From contig CBDDCA010000002.1 in the NCBI GenBank assembly GCA_965226055.1, positions 81,499 through 145,498 of the forward strand: 64,000 nt of DNA, read 5' to 3'. This DNA comes from Spirochaetia bacterium. GTDB lineage: Bacteria > Spirochaetota > Spirochaetia > WTKD01 > G963693115. A program made the translations under genes and the position numbers. Positions 21,506-29,873 of this stretch are shown here, piece by piece (within the stretch, counting starts at the first letter, position 1; each line of letters begins with the position of its first letter). The notes below the pieces were generated by a model that ran no database searches, was not told where the DNA came from, and saw only the letters and a list, made by a program, of their open reading frames with translations.

Positions 21506-22879
21506 ATGGAAGAAGAAAAATTTGATTATAAAGTTGAAAATATTCTTGAATATATTACAGCAGTGAGTGAAATTTATGATGATCTTGCTACTGATGATGA
21601 TGAAAAGAATGATAAATATAAAAAAATGCTATTTTTCAGAGGGCATGGAAGTTCAGAATATAAACTCTTACCAAGTCTTTTTAGAGAAAAGAGTAAGTCA
21701 AGAGGTGAGAAAAGAATTCTTGAGGATTATAAGCATCATTTACCAAGAAATATAAACATTAAAGGTTTAGATTTTGATAAAAATAGAGCAGAAATTTTAG
21801 CAGAGATGCAACATTATGGTATTCCTACACGGTTGTTAGATTGGTCACTATCTCCTATCATAGCTCTTTATTTCGCTTTAAAAGGCAGTCATGAAAAAAA
21901 AGAAAAAGGAAAAGATGCTTGTGTGTGGATATTTAATCCTTGGAAGTATTATGATAAAACTATAGGTGAGCAAATTAGGATTATGCAAGTTAGTTTAAAA
22001 GAAGAACTTTTTCGTATAATATATACAAAAAGACTTTATTCTGATTATAGAAGTGATATAGAGGAATGGAAGAAGGCATCTGATCATATAAAAAAAGCAT
22101 TAATTGATAAGCTGAAGGATAAAGATAAACAGGAAATAAAAAAAATTCAACAGAAGATAGAATCTGCTTGTAAAAAATTAATCAAAGAAAAAGAAATAGG
22201 TAAAAAAACATTTTTTAAGAATATAGATAAAAACAAGAAAAGAGAAGATGATGTTAAGAAGTTTATACAAGATGGAATGGATAAAAAAAGGGAGGGTAAT
22301 AAAAAAGAATTAAAACATATTAAAGAATATGTAAAATCCCTTGGTATTAAAGAACAAATAATAAATGATGTATTTACTAAATTAGAAGGAGAAATAGAAA
22401 AGAATTATGAACAGATGGACATTGATGTAAATAATATTCTAACTGCTTACTTACATTCTTATTCTTATTCTATATCTTCATTTTCATTAGGACATGCTCT
22501 ATTATCTAGTAACAGCAGGTTCAATGTTTATTACACCTTATTATCAATGCGAGGAGCAATAGAAAGAATTCCTGAAGAAAAAGTATTTCTTAAGATCCTT
22601 GAATACCCAATAGGATATATTCCATCATACCAAAATGATAGATTAATACATCAGGCATCAGTATTTACAATACACGGAACAGAAATAGATCTTCAGTTGA
22701 ATAAACAAAAAGAGAACTATCAATATTTGCGGAAGATAACTATTCCTGGAGCATTAAAAACAGAGATATTAAAAACATTGCATATGCTCTTTATAAATGA
22801 TTATACTATTTTTCCTGATTTTGAAGGGATGAGTAATCAATTTGAAATAACAAATGGCTTATTCCGTTATCGTGTATGA
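21506..22879 (+). CDS. FRG-domain protein with a long charged helical insertion
   Basis: FFRGH, LLPSLFR, MQHYGIPTRLLDWS.SP..ALYFA, NDRLIHQASVFTIHG, IFPDFEG; ATG 21506 preferred over TTG 21455. Confidence 0.88.
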   Translation: MEEEKFDYKVENILEYITAVSEIYDDLATDDDEKNDKYKKMLFFRGHGSSEYKLLPSLFREKSKSRGEKRILEDYKHHLPRNINIKGLDFDKNRAEILAEMQHYGIPTRLLDWSLSPIIALYFALKGSHEKKEKGKDACVWIFNPWKYYDKTIGEQIRIMQVSLKEELFRIIYTKRLYSDYRSDIEEWKKASDHIKKALIDKLKDKDKQEIKKIQQKIESACKKLIKEKEIGKKTFFKNIDKNKKREDDVKKFIQDGMDKKREGNKKELKHIKEYVKSLGIKEQIINDVFTKLEGEIEKNYEQMDIDVNNILTAYLHSYSYSISSFSLGHALLSSNSRFNVYYTLLSMRGAIERIPEEKVFLKILEYPIGYIPSYQNDRLIHQASVFTIHGTEIDLQLNKQKENYQYLRKITIPGALKTEILKTLHMLFINDYTIFPDFEGMSNQFEITNGLFRYRV

Positions 22880-22982
22880 ATGCAAAGAAGGAGCGGAAGA
22901 TATAAAAAAATCATTTATTTTTTCTTTATATTTAGATATTAATTAGAATTTTATACTATAATTTTCTTTTATTTAGTATCTC

Positions 22983-23024
22983 CTATCATGGATTTTTGAG
23001 GGCACACGAGATGGTAAAACTCCA
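22983..23024. mobile_element. Orphan terminal fragment of an IS related to the IS481-family element at 38364-39577
   Basis: ctatcatggatttttgagggcacacgagatggtaaaactcca aligns with 39535-39577 and its last 14 nt are the reverse complement of 38364-38377. Confidence 0.8.
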
Positions 23025-23042
23025 TTCCCGTGAAATATTCAC

Positions 23043-23071
23043 TTGACATATATAGTGTATATTGATACTAT
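23043..23071 (+). promoter_or_regulatory. Sigma70 promoter of the peptide-ThiF-ThiF-UvrA operon
   Basis: TTGACA-N17-TACTAT with extended -10 TG; TAAGGAG RBS before ATG 23106. Confidence 0.8.
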
Positions 23072-23105
23072 ATATAATATAACAAATATAATTAAGGAGT
23101 AATAA

Positions 23106-23309
23106 ATGATAAAGCATAAAAATACCATAGATTTTAATTTTGAAATTCTATCAAAGGCAAAGGAACATGATGCAAGATATTCTTATACTTGTAGCGGAGG
23201 TGTCAGCTATTGTTGTACAAGAACTTGTAGGGGTAATGATCATGTGAGTAATAGCGAAGATAAGTGGGCGACTTACTATAACTTAAATGCAGGAGTTGTA
23301 CAATATTAA
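23106..23309 (+). CDS. Cys-rich 67-aa peptide, putative RiPP precursor
   Basis: Strong promoter and RBS; central YSYTCSGGVSYCCTRTCRG; overlaps the first ThiF gene. Confidence 0.8.
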   Translation: MIKHKNTIDFNFEILSKAKEHDARYSYTCSGGVSYCCTRTCRGNDHVSNSEDKWATYYNLNAGVVQY

Positions 23310-24423
23310 CCTAGATAAAATATATCATCTACGTAATAGCGTAGATGTTTATATTTTTAATAAAAGTATACTTCACTTTTATTTTATCAATACAAGAAAG
23401 GAAGTAAGAATTCAGGTATCTCATGATATAATATCTTTTATTTCCCAATTAGATGGAAAGAAGACAGTAAGAGAGTGCTTATCACAGTTTTCATTAACTG
23501 ATGTTGATGAAAAAAATATAAGTGATTTTTTGCTATTTTTAGAAAAAGAAAATATTATAGCATGTGAATATGAGGATATTTTATTACCTGACCAGATTGA
23601 TAGATATACAAGACAAATTACATACATTGAAGATAGTATTTTAGGCAGTAAAGGACAAGCATTACAACAACAGCTTATTAGTAAAAAAGTTTTAATCTTT
23701 GGAGTAGGTTCGGTTGGTAGTGCTATTGCTATTTTTCTTGCTCGTATAGGAATAAAAAATTTTGTTTTAATTGATAAAGATACTCTTGAGTATGGGGATA
23801 GAGTAAGACATCTCTTTTATGAAGAAAAATATGTTCATTCATCAAAATGCAACAGTGTAAAAAAATATTTACAACAGATAGATAGTGATATACAAGTTAC
23901 TCCTCATCAGACATTGATACAACCTGATACAGATATAGAAAATTTTTTTGATGGCGTAGATTTTGTTATAAACACTATGTCTACCCCGTATATTCTTTAT
24001 ACTAGTTTGAAAATAGAAAAAGAATGCTTAAAAAGAAAAATTCCTCTGTATGTAGCTGGTGGTTTTGATGGGCACTTAGGATCGACAGGTGAATTAATTT
24101 TTCCTCCCCTTACTCCTTGTGTCTCATGTTATATGAATTATTTTTCATCAGCACTTAAAGATTGGAAGCCTAAATATAATGTTGAAGCCATTGATACAAG
24201 AAACATGAAAAATGCAAATTATGAAACTGGTGGGCTTGCTGGATTATCAATGTTATCTGCTTCGCTAGCAAGTGTAACTATTGTAAATTTTATGGTAGGT
24301 AACTATCAAAGTATTTTTCGAGGTGAATATGATTTTGAGAATATAAAAATTGATTATATTCAAATGAAAAAAAATAAAGATTGTAAAATATGCAACAAAT
24401 ATATAAACTCAGAAGTTCAATAG
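23287..24423 (+). CDS. ThiF/E1-like protein 1 with N-terminal RRE-like (winged-helix) domain
   Basis: DRYTRQI, GVGSVG, LIDKD, Zn motifs PCVSC and CKIC; N-terminal LDGKKTV.E pattern typical of PqqD-like extensions. Confidence 0.88.
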   Translation: MQELYNINLDKIYHLRNSVDVYIFNKSILHFYFINTRKEVRIQVSHDIISFISQLDGKKTVRECLSQFSLTDVDEKNISDFLLFLEKENIIACEYEDILLPDQIDRYTRQITYIEDSILGSKGQALQQQLISKKVLIFGVGSVGSAIAIFLARIGIKNFVLIDKDTLEYGDRVRHLFYEEKYVHSSKCNSVKKYLQQIDSDIQVTPHQTLIQPDTDIENFFDGVDFVINTMSTPYILYTSLKIEKECLKRKIPLYVAGGFDGHLGSTGELIFPPLTPCVSCYMNYFSSALKDWKPKYNVEAIDTRNMKNANYETGGLAGLSMLSASLASVTIVNFMVGNYQSIFRGEYDFENIKIDYIQMKKNKDCKICNKYINSEVQ

Positions 24424-25484
24424 CGCTTACCTATAGAAATATTGATCTTGATAAAATAGTCATTGATTTCTTTTTTACTGATATAAGAAAGAATATTTCC
24501 ATAGAGTTTTCTAGTAAAAAAATTTATGATATATTGTTTTTGTTTGATGGAAAAACAACTATTCAAGATATAATTCAGAAAATATCTATAACTAATATAG
24601 AAGCCTTTTTAAAGGTAATTAAAATGCTCAATGAGCAATGTATATTATTAGAAGTAGATACAGAATATAATGAATATTTTAGAGATAACTTTAAAGTATT
24701 TCATTTTTTAGAAAATTATTATTCAAAGATTAGTAGAGTAAACGAAGTATTTTTAAAAATTAAAAATAGCACAGTGATGATTATTGGGTTAGGAGCAGTT
24801 GGATCATTTGTTGCTGATATTCTTCTTGCTAATGGCGTAGAGAATTTCATATTAGTTGATAATGATACTGTTGCTATTTCTAATCTCCCAAGACAGTCAT
24901 TTTTTGAAAAAGATATTGGTAAGTATAAAATAGATTGTATAGCAGAAAAATTTATGAGTATCAACAGTAATGTAAAAATAGAAAAAATACATGCTTTTTT
25001 AGATAAAGATTTTTTTACACAGCATAATTTTAACAAGATAGACTTAATTATTAATTGTGCAGATAAGCCATCTGTTGATACTAACTCTCTTATAATAGGA
25101 GAGTATGGAATAAAAAATAATATACCTCATATTATTGGAGGAGGATATAATTTTCATATTTCCCTCATTGCTCAAACCGTAATTCCTTTTAAGACAGCTT
25201 GTGCTAAATGTCTTGATACTCAGCTAAAAGAGATAAATAGTTTTAAGGACACTGATATGAAAAGATTGATAAGAGAAGAACGTAAAATAGGAAGTTTTTT
25301 GCCATTATGTAATATTGCCTCTAGTATTATTTCAATGGAAAGTATAAAAATATTATCTGATTTAGATAAGTATCTTGGGACAGTAAATACACGGAAAGAG
25401 TTTAATGCTGAAACATTACAGATAATTGATAGGATGAAATTTAAAAAGGATCCTAATTGTTCATGGTGTTCAAATAATGGATAA
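24390..25484 (+). CDS. ThiF/E1-like adenylyltransferase 2 with N-terminal RRE-like domain
   Basis: GLGAVG, VDNDTVAISNLPRQ, INCADKP, Zn motifs CAKC and CSWC; FDGKTTIQDI in the N-domain. Confidence 0.9.
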   Translation: MQQIYKLRSSIALTYRNIDLDKIVIDFFFTDIRKNISIEFSSKKIYDILFLFDGKTTIQDIIQKISITNIEAFLKVIKMLNEQCILLEVDTEYNEYFRDNFKVFHFLENYYSKISRVNEVFLKIKNSTVMIIGLGAVGSFVADILLANGVENFILVDNDTVAISNLPRQSFFEKDIGKYKIDCIAEKFMSINSNVKIEKIHAFLDKDFFTQHNFNKIDLIINCADKPSVDTNSLIIGEYGIKNNIPHIIGGGYNFHISLIAQTVIPFKTACAKCLDTQLKEINSFKDTDMKRLIREERKIGSFLPLCNIASSIISMESIKILSDLDKYLGTVNTRKEFNAETLQIIDRMKFKKDPNCSWCSNNG

Positions 25485-27699
25485 TACAAATATTACATAT
25501 TCTAATATACTTACTAATAATCTTAAAGGAATAGATGTAACTATTGCCAAGAATAAAATAACTTGTTTTTATGGAAAGAGTGGTTCAGGAAAGAGTTCAA
25601 TAGCATTTAATACAATTAATGCTATTTCAGAGTATGAATATGATAAGCTTCATAATAAAGAAGGGAGTAATTATTCTTTTGTCGTTTCGGATTACAATAA
25701 TATTATTCCATCGGTAGCAATTAGACAAATTAATAAAAATAATAATAGTCTTTCAACTATATATAGTTTTACATATATATCATCTTGCTTAAAAAAAATT
25801 TTCTCATATTACTCTAATATGAAATCTACAAATTTTTCACTCAATAATCTCTATAACTTATGTATTCACTGTAAAGGAATTGGGCATACATACACCCCTA
25901 ATATTGAATACATCCTTGATAGGAAAAAGCCATTGGTACATCAGCCTATTAAGTATCATAATAAGTCTCGTCAGGATATATTTGATCAAAAATTGTTAAA
26001 GTTTTGTGCATTAAAAAATATTGATATACACAGTACTTTTGATGAATTAAGTACTGCAGAGAAAGATATGATTCTATATGGTGCTTCTGATCAAAAAATT
26101 GAATTATCCTATCAGGTATATACTAAAGCACATAAAAAAAGAACAAGAAAGGTAAAAGAGCATTATATAGGAATACTACAAGAAATTGAGCAAATACTTG
26201 CTAGTAAGAAAGATATAAAAGAAGAATTTTTGAAACAACAGCCTTGTATGTATTGTAAAGGAGCATTATTTAAAGAAAAAATAAGAGATATTCCTATTTT
26301 GAATAGTACAATAGGAGAGATTATGCTTCTTGATATTACTGGGTTATTGTCTTTTATTACGAGTAATAAGAGTGGTATTAAAGGGAGTGAGATAAGTACT
26401 AGTTTTAATTCATTGATGAATTTTTTACAAATTATGGTGAACAATAGCTTAGGACATTTATATTTAACTAGGAATATACCTTCTTTATCTGGGGGAGAGT
26501 TTCAAAAAATTCATTTTTGCTCAATACTCAACTCCTCGCTTTCAGGAATTTTGTTTGTAGGAGATGAAATTTCTTCTAATTTACATGTGAGTGAGTATGA
26601 AAATATATGGAATCAGATTCAAAACATAAAATCAAAAGGGAATACTATCATTTTAGTAGAACACGAAGATTACTTTATTCAAAGAAGTGATATTAAAGTA
26701 GAAGTTGGTCCAAAGGGAGGGGTAGATGGAGGAAGAATAGTTTCAATAAATTCATACAAGAAAAGTCTTGATAGCAGTTTTAGAAATAAGATTACGGCTG
26801 AAACATTTATAAAAATAGAAGATATCAATATCAATAACATTACCCACATGACAGTCAATATTGCAAAAAATTGTCTAAATTGTATTTGTGGAATATCTGG
26901 TTCTGGAAAAAGCTCTATTTCAAGATACTTACATGATAGGTATCCAAATTTTATTTATATAAATCAAAAACCAATTAATTCAATAAGCAAATCTATCATT
27001 GCAAGTTTTTCAGGTATCTTTACCGATATTAGAGAGTTATATTCTCAAGAGAATAATATTGATATGAGTTATTTTACATTTAATTCAGAAAATGGGCAAT
27101 GTCATACTTGTAAAGGGAAAGGGCTTATTGAGGAAAAAATTAGTTTTTCAAATGATGTCATATCATATATGTGTCCTAGTTGTAATGGTGTGAGATTTAA
27201 TAATGATATTTTGCAGTATACATTTAAGGATCATAGTATATATGAGTTATTAAATTTGACAATAGATGAAATAATTTATAGTAATCTTTTTGAAGAGAGT
27301 ACCTCTTTAACAAATAAACTAGCATTGTTTGCTACTTTAGGATTAGGATATTTAACATTATTTCGCTCTGTAAAAAGTATTTCAGGCGGTGAATCACAGC
27401 GGCTTAAAATGATTAAGTATATCAATACCAATATTGAAAATAAATATTTTATCTTTGATGAGCCATTTACGGGAGTAGATAAAAGTAATTTTAGAAATAT
27501 ATTACAGCTGTTTGATGAGTTGATTAGAAAATCAGCAACAATTATTATTGTAGAACATAAATTAGAAGCAATTAAGAATAGTGATCACATAATAGAACTT
27601 GACAGAAATAAAAAAAATGAAGGAAATATAGTATTTGAGGGAAATATAGAACAGATGAAAAAGAGTAAAAAATCTATTATTAAAAATTATTTATTGTAA
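25477..27699 (+). CDS. UvrA-like twin-ABC ATPase, short class II (UvrA2/DrrC-like) form
   Basis: NNLKGIDV, two Walker A (GKSGSGKSS, GISGSGKSS), LSGGE/ISGGESQR, DE and VEH motifs, four CxxCxG pairs; only 740 aa. Confidence 0.88.
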   Translation: MDNTNITYSNILTNNLKGIDVTIAKNKITCFYGKSGSGKSSIAFNTINAISEYEYDKLHNKEGSNYSFVVSDYNNIIPSVAIRQINKNNNSLSTIYSFTYISSCLKKIFSYYSNMKSTNFSLNNLYNLCIHCKGIGHTYTPNIEYILDRKKPLVHQPIKYHNKSRQDIFDQKLLKFCALKNIDIHSTFDELSTAEKDMILYGASDQKIELSYQVYTKAHKKRTRKVKEHYIGILQEIEQILASKKDIKEEFLKQQPCMYCKGALFKEKIRDIPILNSTIGEIMLLDITGLLSFITSNKSGIKGSEISTSFNSLMNFLQIMVNNSLGHLYLTRNIPSLSGGEFQKIHFCSILNSSLSGILFVGDEISSNLHVSEYENIWNQIQNIKSKGNTIILVEHEDYFIQRSDIKVEVGPKGGVDGGRIVSINSYKKSLDSSFRNKITAETFIKIEDININNITHMTVNIAKNCLNCICGISGSGKSSISRYLHDRYPNFIYINQKPINSISKSIIASFSGIFTDIRELYSQENNIDMSYFTFNSENGQCHTCKGKGLIEEKISFSNDVISYMCPSCNGVRFNNDILQYTFKDHSIYELLNLTIDEIIYSNLFEESTSLTNKLALFATLGLGYLTLFRSVKSISGGESQRLKMIKYINTNIENKYFIFDEPFTGVDKSNFRNILQLFDELIRKSATIIIVEHKLEAIKNSDHIIELDRNKKNEGNIVFEGNIEQMKKSKKSIIKNYLL

Positions 27700-27786
27700 T
27701 ATAATAGAAAATATAGATGCTTATATAACTTTATTCCCCCACCCAAACTAAACAATAACGCCATAATACACTATAATATAAAATAA

Positions 27787-29715
27787 ATGGTATTTCACTC
27801 TCTCGCAATACATATACTAGAGCAATCTATACAGGCACTCTATGCTCCCATGCTAAAGGAAAGCAATGCCACTGTAGATAATGCTACACTCTCTACTATT
27901 ATGGGTATTCCCCCTAGCATAGACAAAGGAGACGTGGCTTTTCCCATGTTCTTTCTTGCAAAGATTGCAAAGAAAAGCCCGAAAGATATAGCTGTTCAGC
28001 TTGTTGAGTATATTATGAGCCAAAAAGACACACAAAATAGCAATGGTTATAATAATTCTCCAAAAAACTCCCTGCATCTATTACAGAAAGTGCAAGCTGA
28101 TGGGGCATATGTGAATGTATTTTTTCAAAGGATAGCCATTACTAAACTGGTACTACAGGATATTGAACAACAAGGACAGCAGTACGGAGCGACACTCCAT
28201 TCGATAGCACATGCCTATATTGATGCACAGTATAGCACCGAACCTACGCTAAAAGGCAAACGCATAATGATAGAATATTCTGCCCCCAATACCAATAAGC
28301 CCTTGCACATAGGGCATCTGCGTAACAATGTACTAGGAGAATCTATAAGTCGTATACTAGCCTTTTCTGGAGCAGAAGTGCAGCGAGTCAATCTTATCAA
28401 CGACAGAGGCGTGCATATTTGTAAATCCATGCTTTCGTATCAGATGTTTGCACATGGGGAAACCCCTGCACAAGCACAGCAAAAGCCAGATCATTTTGTA
28501 GGAAGCTACTATGTAAAATACAGTAAGTGGGCAGAACAGCATCCTGAGAAAGCAGAGCAAGCAATAAACACCATGCTACAGCAGTGGGAACAAAACGATC
28601 CTGAAACCCGAGCATTGTGGAAACAGATGAATACATGGGCGTTGGCAGGCATATTTGAAACCTACAAAGTTACTGATATTCATTTTGATACAATTTACTA
28701 TGAAAGTGAAACCTACCAGCGAGGAAAAGAAGAAATTCTTAAAGGGTACAAAAAAGGACTTTTCTATAAAGATGAGAAAGGAGCTATACGCCTCTCGTTA
28801 AAGGAAATAGGCCTTGATGAAAAAGTGCTATTACGCTCCGATGGTACGAGTGTGTACATTACCCAAGATGTAGGCACTGCACTGCAACGATATGAAGATT
28901 GGAACTTTGACACACACATGTATGTTGTTGCAAATGAACAAACATATCATTTTCAAGTATTATTTTATTTGCTTAGCACACTAGGCTTTGCTCCTGCCTG
29001 TAATAACGCCATGCAGCATCTCCACTATGGTATGGTACATCTTCCCGAAGGAAAAATGAAATCAAGAGAAGGGAAGGTTGTCGATGCCGATGATCTTATT
29101 GCTACTGTGTCCTCACTTATCAAAGAAGAAGTATATGAACGCAACAGACACGATGAGTTTGAAGATGTAGAGTCGGTGGTACATAACATAGCATTAGGAG
29201 CTATCCATTATTATTTGCTTCATGTAAATGCCAAAAAAGATTTATTGTTTAACCCTGCATCTTCTATATCGTTTCAAGGAAACACAGGCCCCTATCTACA
29301 ATATACCTGTGCAAGAATCACCTCACTCTTACGAGAGTATAATCGCAAGCACAACCTAAAGCACAGTCAAAAGTACAGCACAGACACAGAGACTGCTGAA
29401 GCTCCCGCCCCCCAAGATATGCAAAGCCTCTCCCAAAACTATAGCATGCAAGATGAAGAGTGGAAGCTCATCATAAAGATGGATAATTTTGCCTCCATCA
29501 TTACGCAAGTAATAGAAAAACACGATCCTTCACTCCTAGCGAAATATGTGTACGAGCTTGCAAGCGATTTTGCACGATATTACCATAGTGTTCCCATTGT
29601 GAAAGAACAGAACCCTGCCATACAGTCATTGAGATTGAGAATATGCACAGCACTTTTACAGGTAATGAAAAATGCACTGCATTTGCTGGTCATTCCCTAT
29701 GTAGATAAAATGTAA
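27787..29715 (+). CDS. argS: Arginine--tRNA ligase
   Basis: EYSAPNTNKPLHIGHLRN, RSDGTSVYITQD, KMKSREG, GNTGPYLQY. Confidence 0.97.
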   Translation: MVFHSLAIHILEQSIQALYAPMLKESNATVDNATLSTIMGIPPSIDKGDVAFPMFFLAKIAKKSPKDIAVQLVEYIMSQKDTQNSNGYNNSPKNSLHLLQKVQADGAYVNVFFQRIAITKLVLQDIEQQGQQYGATLHSIAHAYIDAQYSTEPTLKGKRIMIEYSAPNTNKPLHIGHLRNNVLGESISRILAFSGAEVQRVNLINDRGVHICKSMLSYQMFAHGETPAQAQQKPDHFVGSYYVKYSKWAEQHPEKAEQAINTMLQQWEQNDPETRALWKQMNTWALAGIFETYKVTDIHFDTIYYESETYQRGKEEILKGYKKGLFYKDEKGAIRLSLKEIGLDEKVLLRSDGTSVYITQDVGTALQRYEDWNFDTHMYVVANEQTYHFQVLFYLLSTLGFAPACNNAMQHLHYGMVHLPEGKMKSREGKVVDADDLIATVSSLIKEEVYERNRHDEFEDVESVVHNIALGAIHYYLLHVNAKKDLLFNPASSISFQGNTGPYLQYTCARITSLLREYNRKHNLKHSQKYSTDTETAEAPAPQDMQSLSQNYSMQDEEWKLIIKMDNFASIITQVIEKHDPSLLAKYVYELASDFARYYHSVPIVKEQNPAIQSLRLRICTALLQVMKNALHLLVIPYVDKM

Positions 29716-29873
29716 TCTTTCTTGCTTTGACACACTTTTATATAAGACATTTGTGTATTTTTACTATAAATTACTACATAATCGTATTTTTTATTATTTT
29801 GTAGTGTAATAATTACATCTATGTAATATTTAATGGTATAATAAAAATGCTTATAACTCTAGGAGTATACAAT

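Noticed and set aside
23106-25484. Thiamine/molybdopterin sulfur-carrier system or ubiquitin-like conjugation system
   Set aside because: The peptide has no C-terminal Gly-Gly or beta-grasp pattern, and no ThiS/MoaD, E2 or JAB gene is present.
25477-27699. Housekeeping uvrA or an ABC exporter
   Set aside because: Too short and divergent, lies in an AT-rich island coupled to ThiF genes, and has no TM domain or permease partner.
21431-27748. G-rich (21431-21448) and C-rich (27736-27748) tracts as inverted island boundaries
   Set aside because: The similarity is short and gapped, and cannot be told from chance without comparative data.
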